Assembly: GCA_965250005.1 (NCBI GenBank)
Contig: OZ252279.1
Coordinates: 960,001-992,000 of the forward strand
Length of the DNA: 32,000 nucleotides
Direction: 5' to 3'
DNA from: Demequinaceae bacterium
GTDB lineage: Bacteria > Actinomycetota > Actinomycetes > Actinomycetales > Demequinaceae
Within the stretch, counting starts at the first letter, position 1, and every line of letters begins with the position of its first letter. The notes beneath the pieces were generated by a model. The model was given only the letters and a program-made list of their open reading frames with translations, was not told the origin of the DNA and did not search any database. This document shows positions 25,184-32,000 of the stretch, one piece after another. The translations under genes were made by a program, and so were the position numbers.

Positions 25184-26505
25184 CACCAGCCGAGGGCGCG
25201 CAGGGTGTGAGTCCTGGGCACGTGTGGGACGCCCCCGTCGCCTCGGCACCTATCGACGCGACCATCGACGTCCCCGGCAGCAAGTCACTGACAAACCGTT
25301 ACCTCGTGCTCGCGGCACTCAGCCACGAGCCGGTCACCATTCGCGGCGCGCTCCGCTCGCGAGACTCCGAACTCATGATCAACGCACTGCGCGCCATGGC
25401 TGTCGGCGTAGACAATGACGGTGACGACTGGTTGGTGGTGCCGGGCGAACTGCGCGGCGGAGTGAAAATTGACTGCGGCCTGGCAGGGACGGTCATGCGG
25501 TTCGTGCCTCCCATGGCCTTGCTGGCTGACGGCCCCATCACGTTCGACGGCGACGAGGCCGCACGCGCTCGCCCCATGGGCCCCCTGCTTGAAGCGCTCC
25601 GGGCGATGGGTGCCGAGGTGGACGACGCTGGCCGGGGAACGCTCCCGTTCACGGTGGTCCCTGCTGAGGACGTACCAGCGGCGGTCGACGTGGACGCCTC
25701 CGAGTCGTCACAGTTTGTGACGGGGTTGCTTCTCACGGCACCGTCCCTGCCACGCGGGCTCACCGTCCGGCACATCGGCGAGAAGTTGCCGAGCCTGCCG
25801 CACATCGACATGACGTGCGAAATCCTGCGCGCCGCGGGAATTCACGTCGAGCAACCCGACGAGCGCACGTGGATTGTGCACCCGGGTGAAATCACGCTCG
25901 GTGACGTGCGCGTCGAACCGGACCTGAGCAACGCGGGCCCGTTTATGGCCGCCGCCCTGGTGGCCGGCGGGACGGTTCGGATTCCCGGGTGGCCGGGCGA
26001 GACGACTCAGCCGGGCGCGATGTTCCCCGACCTGCTTACCCGCATGGGAGCAACCTGCTCGCTCGATGGCGACGTCATGTCAGTGACGGGAAACGGCACC
26101 GTGCACAGAATCGACGCAGACCTGTCGCCTGCCGGAGAGATCACCCCCACCATCGCCGCACTGTGCGCGCTCGCTGACGGCGCGAGCAAGCTGACGGGCA
26201 TCGGCCACCTGCGCGGACACGAGACGGACCGCCTCGCCGCGATCGCCACCGAGGTTGAACGCGTCGGCGGGGCGTGCCACGCTGGCAGCGACTCGCTGAG
26301 CTTTGGCGGGGAGCCACCGGCCGGGCTTACTGGCGCGATCATGGAGAGTTACCACGACCACCGGATGGCGACGTTCGCCGCGATTATCGGCCTGCGCGCG
26401 CGCGGCACGGGCGTGGTGAACGTGGGGACTACCGCCAAGACCATGCCCGCGTTCCCGTCTATGTGGCGCGGCATGCTCGGGCTTGAGGGCGACGGGATCG
26501 CTTGA
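25180..26505 (+). CDS. aroA: 3-phosphoshikimate 1-carboxyvinyltransferase (EPSP synthase)
   Basis: 441 aa with a GTG start. Motifs: VPGSKSLTNRYLVLAAL, LAGTVMRF, LRGHETDRL, YHDHRMAT. Confidence 0.92.
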   Translation: MTPAEGAQGVSPGHVWDAPVASAPIDATIDVPGSKSLTNRYLVLAALSHEPVTIRGALRSRDSELMINALRAMAVGVDNDGDDWLVVPGELRGGVKIDCGLAGTVMRFVPPMALLADGPITFDGDEAARARPMGPLLEALRAMGAEVDDAGRGTLPFTVVPAEDVPAAVDVDASESSQFVTGLLLTAPSLPRGLTVRHIGEKLPSLPHIDMTCEILRAAGIHVEQPDERTWIVHPGEITLGDVRVEPDLSNAGPFMAAALVAGGTVRIPGWPGETTQPGAMFPDLLTRMGATCSLDGDVMSVTGNGTVHRIDADLSPAGEITPTIAALCALADGASKLTGIGHLRGHETDRLAAIATEVERVGGACHAGSDSLSFGGEPPAGLTGAIMESYHDHRMATFAAIIGLRARGTGVVNVGTTAKTMPAFPSMWRGMLGLEGDGIA

Positions 26506-27536
26506 GCCCCACGGATTACAGTCGCTACGACGAGTCGGACGCCAAGGTGCGTCCTACCGGTCGCGGCTCACGCCCACGCTCCAAGCAGCGGCCCGAACAC
26601 AACAACTCAATTCCCGGAACAGTCATCGGCGTGGACCGCGGGCGCTTTGCCGTCCGCCTCACGGACGGGCCCCAGGACGTGCGGGTGACGGCCGTGAAGG
26701 CCCGCGAGCTGGGCCGACGCGGCCTGGTGGTTGGCGACCGCGTTGACCTCGTGGGCGACGTCTCCGGCGCCGACGGCACGCTCGCACGGATCATCCGCCG
26801 CGACGCCCGCGCGCACGAGTTGCGCCGCACGGCTGACGACACGGATGACACCGAACGAGTGGTGGTGGCGAACGCCAACCAGCTCGCGATTGTGACCGCA
26901 CTCGCGGACCCTGAGCCGAACGCCCGCATGATCGACCGCTGCCTGGTCGCGGCGTTTGATGCGGGAATGCACGCCATCCTCGTTCTCACTAAGAAGGACC
27001 TGGGCAGCGGCGACGCCTTGCGGGCCGCGTACGAGCCCCTGGGTGTCACCGTGATCGAGACCTCCGTGATCGAGGAGACCGACGGCAGCGGCGATGAGGG
27101 CCTGCAGCGCATCCGCCAGGAGCTGGACGCGGGCACCACGGTGCTGGTGGGCTACTCCGGCGTGGGCAAATCCACGCTGGTAAACGCGTTGGTACCGGAT
27201 GCCGACCGCGCCACCGGCGGCGTAAACGACGTGACTGGGCGCGGGCGCCACACCTCCACCTCGATGGTCGCTCTCCAGCTGCCCTCGGGCGCGTGGATCA
27301 TCGACACCCCGGGTATCCGATCGTTTGGGCTCGCGCACGTGACGGACGAGCACTTACTGGCAGCCTTTGAGGACGTCGCCGAGGCTGCGGCGGGAAGCTG
27401 CCCGCGCGGCTGTGCGCACTTGGCCAAGGCTGATGGTTGCACCCTCGATGCCTGGGCCGACACGTCCGACCGCCGCGCGCGCCTGGACTCCATCCGGCGC
27501 CTGCTCGCAAGCCGCGCGTCGGGCGATGCGCTGTAG
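26502..27536 (+). CDS. rsgA: Ribosome small-subunit-dependent GTPase A
   Basis: 344 aa with a TTG start overlapping the aroA stop (TTGA). Circularly permuted GTPase order: LVLTKKDL comes before GYSGVGKSTLVNAL. Also contains DTPGIRSF and the Zn-cluster CPRGCAHLAKADGC. Confidence 0.9.
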   Translation: MSPTDYSRYDESDAKVRPTGRGSRPRSKQRPEHNNSIPGTVIGVDRGRFAVRLTDGPQDVRVTAVKARELGRRGLVVGDRVDLVGDVSGADGTLARIIRRDARAHELRRTADDTDDTERVVVANANQLAIVTALADPEPNARMIDRCLVAAFDAGMHAILVLTKKDLGSGDALRAAYEPLGVTVIETSVIEETDGSGDEGLQRIRQELDAGTTVLVGYSGVGKSTLVNALVPDADRATGGVNDVTGRGRHTSTSMVALQLPSGAWIIDTPGIRSFGLAHVTDEHLLAAFEDVAEAAAGSCPRGCAHLAKADGCTLDAWADTSDRRARLDSIRRLLASRASGDAL

Positions 27537-27545
27537 CCTGGGGAC

Positions 27546-28340
27546 ATGAATCCAGACGGCCCGTACTCCAAGGATCTAGTGCTGGCGCTCCACATCGCCG
27601 ACGCGGTGGACCAGTTCACAATGGATGGCTATGGCACGCTCGGGCTGACCGTCGACACCAAGGACGACGACTCCCCCGTGACGGAGATTGACCGGGGCGC
27701 AGAGCAACTGATTCGGGACGTTCTAGATCAGCGGCGCCCCAAGGACGCGATCCTCGGCGAGGAGTTCGGCACCAAGGGCGGCGGCCCCCGCCAGTGGGTG
27801 ATTGACCCCGTGGACGGCACTAAGAATTTCATCCGCGGCATCCCCGTATGGGGCACGCTGATCGCGCTGCTCGACGAGGGCAAGCCCGTGATGGGCGTGG
27901 TGAGCGCCCCCGCTCTGGGCCTGCGGTGGTTTGCCTCAAAGGGCGACGGCGCCTGGAAGGGCCCGGACATTCGAAGCGCCAAGCGCATGCACGTGTCCCA
28001 GGTCAACCAGATCAAGGAAGCGACCATCTCGTACGCGAGCCTGGAGGGCTGGGAGTCCTCTGGCAAGCTCGACCCGTTCATGGACCTGATGCGCGATTGC
28101 TGGCGCACGCGGGCCTTTGGGGACTTCTGGAGCTACATGCTCGTGGCCGAAGGCGCGGTGGAGATCGCTACCGAGCCGGAGCTTGAGCTGTACGACATGG
28201 CGGCTTTGGTGACGATCGTGGAGGAGGCCGGCGGGCGCTTCACATCCCTTACAGGCGACCCGGGCCCGTTTGGCGGCAACGCGCTCGTGACGAACGGGCT
28301 GCTGCACTCAGACGTCATCAAGCGGCTAGCCAGCGCCTAG
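27546..28340 (+). CDS. hisN: Inositol-monophosphatase-family protein, probably histidinol-phosphatase
   Basis: 264 aa. IMPase motifs: SPVTEIDRGAE, WVIDPVDGTKNF, WGTLIAL, LYDMAAL. Size and context resemble actinobacterial HisN. The IMPase versus HisN assignment cannot be settled from sequence alone. Confidence 0.65.
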   Translation: MNPDGPYSKDLVLALHIADAVDQFTMDGYGTLGLTVDTKDDDSPVTEIDRGAEQLIRDVLDQRRPKDAILGEEFGTKGGGPRQWVIDPVDGTKNFIRGIPVWGTLIALLDEGKPVMGVVSAPALGLRWFASKGDGAWKGPDIRSAKRMHVSQVNQIKEATISYASLEGWESSGKLDPFMDLMRDCWRTRAFGDFWSYMLVAEGAVEIATEPELELYDMAALVTIVEEAGGRFTSLTGDPGPFGGNALVTNGLLHSDVIKRLASA

Positions 28341-28365
28341 GCACGCTCGGCAGCAACGTGGGTGG

Positions 28366-28387
28366 CCGTTTGGGTCTTTTCAAACGG
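28366..28387 (+). terminator. Stem-loop downstream of hisN (weak terminator candidate)
   Basis: ccgtttg-ggtctttt-caaacgg (7-bp stem, 8-nt loop), 26 nt after the stop. There is no trailing U-tract. Confidence 0.35.
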
Positions 28388-28439
28388 GAGAACCTCCGGG
28401 CTTAGTGGTCTTATACAACGCAATCGCATTCCCGTCACC

Positions 28440-28989
28440 ACAGGTCAAATTGGCACCAATCCCTGCACCACGCCCTTTCGTTCGTGATCGACTGCTACTC
28501 GCGTGCAATCGTCGGCTGGCATACATCAATGTCGAAGACGACCCCGCTGGTGACCACGGCCCTGCGCATGGGTCTGTAGCGACGTGACCGTGACGGCAAC
28601 CCCGTTGCCGACGGGCTTGTTCATCACTCGGATGCGGGCAGCCAGTTCACCTCCGTCGCGTTCGCAGAAACTCTCGCGCTCGAGGGAATCGCCGCATCGA
28701 TTGGGTCCATCGGAGACGCCTACGACAACGCCCTCGCGGAGACCACGATTGGCCTGTTCAAGAATGAAGCCATCAGGGCCGACTCACCATTCCGAAACGG
28801 ACCTCTGCGCCACCTCGAAGACGTCGAATGGGTCACCATGGCGTGGATCGACTGGTACAACCAACACCGCCCGACTCCACGAAAACCTCGGCCACCGCAC
28901 CCCAGCCGAAATCGAAACCGAGCACTACGCTCAAACCCAGAGGGCATCAGCCCTCACAACCACCTAGGAACGAAACCCAGGCCAAATCA
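28440..28989 (+). mobile_element. IS3-family transposase (OrfB/rve integrase core) remnant: 5'-truncated, with an in-frame stop and a frameshift
   Basis: Translation reads ...FVIDCYSRAIVGWHTSMSKTTPLVTTALRMGL*RRDRDGNPVADGLVHHSDAGSQFTSVAFAETLALEGIAASIGSIGDAYDNALAETTIGLFKNEAI...WVTMAWIDWYNQHR, then after a +1 shift near 28869-28871, RLHENLGHRTPAEIETEHYAQ. There is a TAG at 28577-28579 where Trp is expected. No OrfA, N-terminal part or left end is present. The putative right terminus is ...aaatca, ending at 28989. Confidence 0.8.
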
Positions 28990-29253
28990 AAGCGCCACAA
29001 CCGCGACAGTTGGCGTGCGCTGCGACAGGTCCTCAACAGGCTGACCCGACTCCATGGCCAACATCTGCGCCGCGTACGGGGACGAAGCTTTCGACTCGGG
29101 CAGGACGGTGGCCGCATCGGCCAAGGACTGCTCCGTAGGCGCCTCAGAAGGCTTCGCGCCTACAGCACTTGACGCAGCCACGCCCGCCAGAACAAGCCCA
29201 GCCACCCCCGCCGCCAGCGCACGCACGCCACCATTCGATCGCGAAAACGTCAT
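28987..29253 (-). CDS. Small secreted hypothetical protein, possibly 3'-truncated by the IS
   Basis: 88 aa from the ATG at 29253 (MTFSRSNGGVRALAAGVAGLVLAGVAASSAVGA...), which includes a signal peptide. Its TGA stop (28987-28989) coincides with the inferred terminal TCA of the IS3 remnant. Confidence 0.45.
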   Translation of the reverse strand: MTFSRSNGGVRALAAGVAGLVLAGVAASSAVGAKPSEAPTEQSLADAATVLPESKASSPYAAQMLAMESGQPVEDLSQRTPTVAVVAL

Positions 29254-29433
29254 CCCTGCCCCGCTCCGAACCCGAACTCCCCCCAAGGGACGCCCTGGCC
29301 CTGTCACCAACAATGTGAACTAGGTCACTCGCAAACTAGCGGGTCCGCACAAGCACCGCAACATTTAGGGGAAAACACTCCCACCGCAGGCGATCTAGTA
29401 GCCGAGGCGCATTCACGTCCTCGCCACATTCAC

Positions 29434-30705
29434 CTAGCCGACAGGGGCGCTACCTGTGACCGGCTCAAGCGGGGGCTGCGCCGCATCGACTTCCGCGAAG
29501 CCCGCCAGTCGCACGCCAGCTATTACTGCAGAGGCGATCGCGGCGATGGCAGCCTGCGCAGGCGAGTCGAGCGCCCTCTCGCGCAGAGCCTGCCCCGCGA
29601 GCGACGACATATCGCAAGCGCGCGGGTCGTCCGGGACAGTCCACACTTCACTGACCGACGCGTAGGTTGCGAGTGCATCGGCGACTGCTTCGCGTGGTCG
29701 GGTGCCTGCGACAGAAGCGCGCACCCGGTTGATCACGACTGTTCGCGCGGATCGTTCCGTGATTTTCGCCTGATCAAGTTCACCAAGCGCCTGCACTAAG
29801 CGCTGAACGCCCAACGGCTCTGCCGAACCCACGACCACCACCGCATCCGCACTGGAGAGGGCGCTCAGGGTGGCGGCATTTCGCGCCGCGAGCCCCGGGT
29901 CGCCTGCTTCGATCGAGAAGCCGCAGTCAACGATGACCAGTGGAACCGCGGCGCGCAGAGCTTCCCAAACGGACTCCAGCGCTGTGTCCGACAGTTCGGC
30001 CCAGCGATCTGGCCGGGAAATGCCACTCAGAACTCGCAGGTTCTTGGCAACGGCAAGTGCGTGGCGGTCGATAAGCGCGGGCGGAACAGCCCCTTTGAGG
30101 CCTGCCCGCGCGAGGGCCGCGATTCCCGGGGCCTCGTCGAGCATCCCGAGCGCCTGTCCCACGGCGCCGCCGTAAGTATCGATGTCCACTAGCACCACGT
30201 CCACGCCGTTTGCGGCAGCCTCGGCAGCGAGATTGACGGCAAGCGTGGTGCGCCCGGGGGCTCCGGTCGGGCCCCACACCGCCACGATTGAACCCGCATG
30301 GTCATCGGCCGTAGGGTCGGCCGCATCCGGCTCGGCGACAGTTCCCGCAACCGGGCCCGCGACGGCGAGCATGCCCGCGACGCCGCGCGCGATCGTTTGC
30401 GCATCGACGTCGCGATCGAATACGAGCGAGATTCCCAATGCCTGTAGGGCCACATAGTCGTCGGTCGACGTAGAGACGCCTGCCACCGCCACTCCTGCCT
30501 TCATCAACCGCTTGACCACGCTCCGGTCAAGCTGAGACTGTTCCGAAACCACGGCAATAGCACCAACTCCTGCTTCTGCTGCCGCGACCGCTTCAGCGAG
30601 ATCCGCGCATCGGCGCGCTACGGCGATCGACGCCTGGGAGTCGATCGCTGCCGCGATCTCAGCCTCTCTGTCGCCCCGAACCGCGAGGATGACTCCGCTC
30701 TTCAC
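29434..30705 (-). CDS. TadZ/CpaE/Ssd-like ParA/MinD-family protein with an N-terminal receiver-like domain
   Basis: 423 aa with a GTG start overlapping the upstream stop (GTGA). The N-terminal ~100 aa look like a pseudo-receiver. The P-loop reads VAVWGPTGAPGRTTLAVNLAAEAA, which lacks both lysines of the deviant Walker A KGGxGK[ST]. The rest is MinD-like (VVLVDIDTYGG...VIVDCG...). Confidence 0.75.
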   Translation of the reverse strand: MKSGVILAVRGDREAEIAAAIDSQASIAVARRCADLAEAVAAAEAGVGAIAVVSEQSQLDRSVVKRLMKAGVAVAGVSTSTDDYVALQALGISLVFDRDVDAQTIARGVAGMLAVAGPVAGTVAEPDAADPTADDHAGSIVAVWGPTGAPGRTTLAVNLAAEAAANGVDVVLVDIDTYGGAVGQALGMLDEAPGIAALARAGLKGAVPPALIDRHALAVAKNLRVLSGISRPDRWAELSDTALESVWEALRAAVPLVIVDCGFSIEAGDPGLAARNAATLSALSSADAVVVVGSAEPLGVQRLVQALGELDQAKITERSARTVVINRVRASVAGTRPREAVADALATYASVSEVWTVPDDPRACDMSSLAGQALRERALDSPAQAAIAAIASAVIAGVRLAGFAEVDAAQPPLEPVTGSAPVG

Positions 30706-31331
30706 GACGTCGCACTTCCTGCAATTCCCACGACCGTGACTTCCCCCTCGCTCGCGAGAGCGGCCAGGAAGTCGCCAACGTCTCGCTTGGGAACCATCAG
30801 GTATACGGTCTCGACGGCGCCGCTCGAGAAGGCACCTGCGCGCCGTTCGACCTGGTCGACCACGAGTTCACCCGCAATCAGGACTGACTCCACTTCACCT
30901 GAACCCGCGCTCGTAAGCCACACGTCCACGATTGCACCGCGCTCGATTCCTTGCGCCAGCGGGCGCGCCGTGGTCACGGCGATTGGCCGCGCTGCGAACG
31001 AATCAGGCGAGGCCAACGCGCTCGATGGAATCAGTTCGCCTGCCCCAACGACGCGCGTAATAACCATCCCGACAATCGGCTCGCCGAGCATGACGTATTC
31101 GCCAGCGCCAACGCGAACGTGAAGCACAGCCAGATGGTCCTCGGTGATCACAGTTCCAGGGGTCAGCGAGTCTCGCGCCACATACTGCGGATCCGTGCGG
31201 TCAGCGCCAGAGACAATTGATGCAGTCGCCATTACGGACACCGCGATGAGCACCAAGCCAATGAGTAGGCGCGGGTCTTTCCACCCGGGCCGCTGGAGCC
31301 TGCCGGCGATTGGTCGCTGCTCTGCGTCCAC
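30702..31331 (-). CDS. SAF-domain protein (CpaB/RcpC-like Flp pilus assembly protein)
   Basis: 209 aa from the GTG at 31331 (SD GGGAGGG 4 nt upstream); the ATG at 31406 in the track is an alternative. TM anchor RLLIGLVLIAVSVMATASIV, then a SAF-like segment (YVARDSLTPGTVITEDHL...GELIPSSAL). Confidence 0.65.
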   Translation of the reverse strand: MDAEQRPIAGRLQRPGWKDPRLLIGLVLIAVSVMATASIVSGADRTDPQYVARDSLTPGTVITEDHLAVLHVRVGAGEYVMLGEPIVGMVITRVVGAGELIPSSALASPDSFAARPIAVTTARPLAQGIERGAIVDVWLTSAGSGEVESVLIAGELVVDQVERRAGAFSSGAVETVYLMVPKRDVGDFLAALASEGEVTVVGIAGSATS

Positions 31332-31438
31332 GTTGCCCTCCCTATTGCTGTGCGCCCATCCTGCCCGAGGTTGCGCTACCTCGCCACCGGAGTGTGGATA
31401 ACCCATGCCAGGGCGAGGCCGCGTGCGAGAATGGTGGC

Positions 31439-31684
31439 ATGTCGTCGCGCTTTCTCACCCTCGCCGACGTCCAGGAAGTCCTGAACGTCAACTCACAGCA
31501 GGCTTACTCGCTAGTGCGTTCTGGAGACCTCCCCGCGATTCAAGTGGGAGGCCGCGGCCAATGGCGAGTCGAGGGGGTCGAACTCGAGGCCTACATCCAG
31601 CGACAGTATGAACTCACGCGCGCACGCGCGGCGCGCGGCCGGTCAAGCGCGACCACTCGCGCCCAGTCATCTAAACGGAAGTGA
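31439..31684 (+). CDS. Excisionase-family/MerR-like helix-turn-helix DNA-binding protein
   Basis: 81 aa from the ATG at 31439 (FLTLADVQEVLNVNSQQAYSLVRSGDLPAIQVGGRGQWRV), with a basic C-terminal tail. Confidence 0.65.
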   Translation: MSSRFLTLADVQEVLNVNSQQAYSLVRSGDLPAIQVGGRGQWRVEGVELEAYIQRQYELTRARAARGRSSATTRAQSSKRK

Positions 31685-32000
31685 CGCGCCGCACCTGAGA
31701 GAACGGAACGGCTACAGGATCCGCACCTTCCGTCTCCAGGTCCAGGTGGTCCGCTCCAACGCGGCCTACCCTTCCCCTCAGCTCCCCGCCCCCGGTCAGG
31801 ATTGTGACGCGGGCACGATCCCGCGCGAGAGCCCTGAGCGCGTGGCCGAGCGTCAGCCTGGCTGCGACCTCCCCCACTTGCGCCGCGCGGGCGGAAACGC
31901 CTCTCGCAGAAGCGATCGCGGCAACGGGAATCAGATGCTGCCGCGGACCATCATTGACGAGAACCCATTGCGCAGTGGCGTCAACGACGGTGCCGGATGT
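31671..32000 (-). CDS. Hypothetical protein, partial (5' end outside the window)
   Basis: The frame stays open from the window edge (TSGTVVDATAQWVLVNDGPRQHLIPVAAIASARG...GRVGRVGADHLDLETEG...) to a stop at 31671. I recognise no family. Confidence 0.45.
   Translation of the reverse strand, partial: TSGTVVDATAQWVLVNDGPRQHLIPVAAIASARGVSARAAQVGEVAARLTLGHALRALARDRARVTILTGGGELRGRVGRVGADHLDLETEGADPVAVPFSQVRRVTSV

Noticed and set aside
29254-29433. A six-C run (29278-29283), examined as a possible 6C sRNA because in M. tuberculosis the 6C/B11 sRNA lies next to the ssd (TadZ-like) gene
   Set aside because: The C-run is on the plus strand, opposite to the TadZ-like gene, and is not presented in a hairpin loop. 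On the minus strand it is simply the G-rich leader and SD region of the 88-aa ORF. No two-hairpin 6C architecture is present.
1-32000. Scan of the whole window for CRISPR arrays, rRNA, integrases or prophage genes and known defence-system gene combinations
   Set aside because: None was seen. The patatin-like lipase and the PilT ATPase are not accompanied by cyclases, nucleases, sensors or other defence partners. The only mobile DNA is the IS3 remnant.

Overview
This is a high-GC (roughly mid-60s % by eye) actinobacterial chromosomal segment, and most of it is core housekeeping genes. All homology calls below come from motif recognition by eye; no database search was run.

Gene order, left to right:
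- a ROK regulator and a decayed sugar-phosphate isomerase
- thrB-thrC-hom (minus strand)
- a 1.5-kb interruption carrying an opposite-strand LMW phosphotyrosine phosphatase and an uncalled 58-aa ORF
- lysA-argS (minus strand), an MmcQ/YjbR protein and a lipoprotein
- tRNA-Arg(CCG), an orphan membrane protein, a patatin-like lipase and alanine dehydrogenase
- a DUF2807 lipoprotein, an M15 (VanY-like) peptidase and two tandem CNNM/CorC transporters
- a fused E2/E1 2-oxoglutarate dehydrogenase (Kgd/OdhA type), translationally coupled to an SGNH-fold protein that appears to lack its catalytic residues
- an isolated PilT-like ATPase
- a 24-aa bL37-like ribosomal micro-ORF with a textbook terminator
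- rshA-sigH, with a perfect GGAAT-N18-GTT autoregulatory promoter
- DoxX-aroA-rsgA-hisN
- a 5'-truncated, stop- and frameshift-bearing IS3-family transposase remnant
- a CpaB(SAF)/TadZ(Ssd)-like pair with no TadA/B/C, plus an excisionase-type HTH gene

I found no CRISPR array, rRNA, prophage or recognisable defence system. I do not see a convincing wholly novel multi-gene system.

The most checkable oddities are:
- the IS-scarred, truncated Tad-like module
- the split argS-lysA / hom-thrC-thrB cluster, with a structured 555-nt gene-free gap
- the sigH promoter with a possible N-extended isoform
- the SGNH pseudoenzyme coupled to kgd
- the orphan PilT

Many long ORFs in the six-frame track are antisense shadows typical of high-GC DNA and were rejected.
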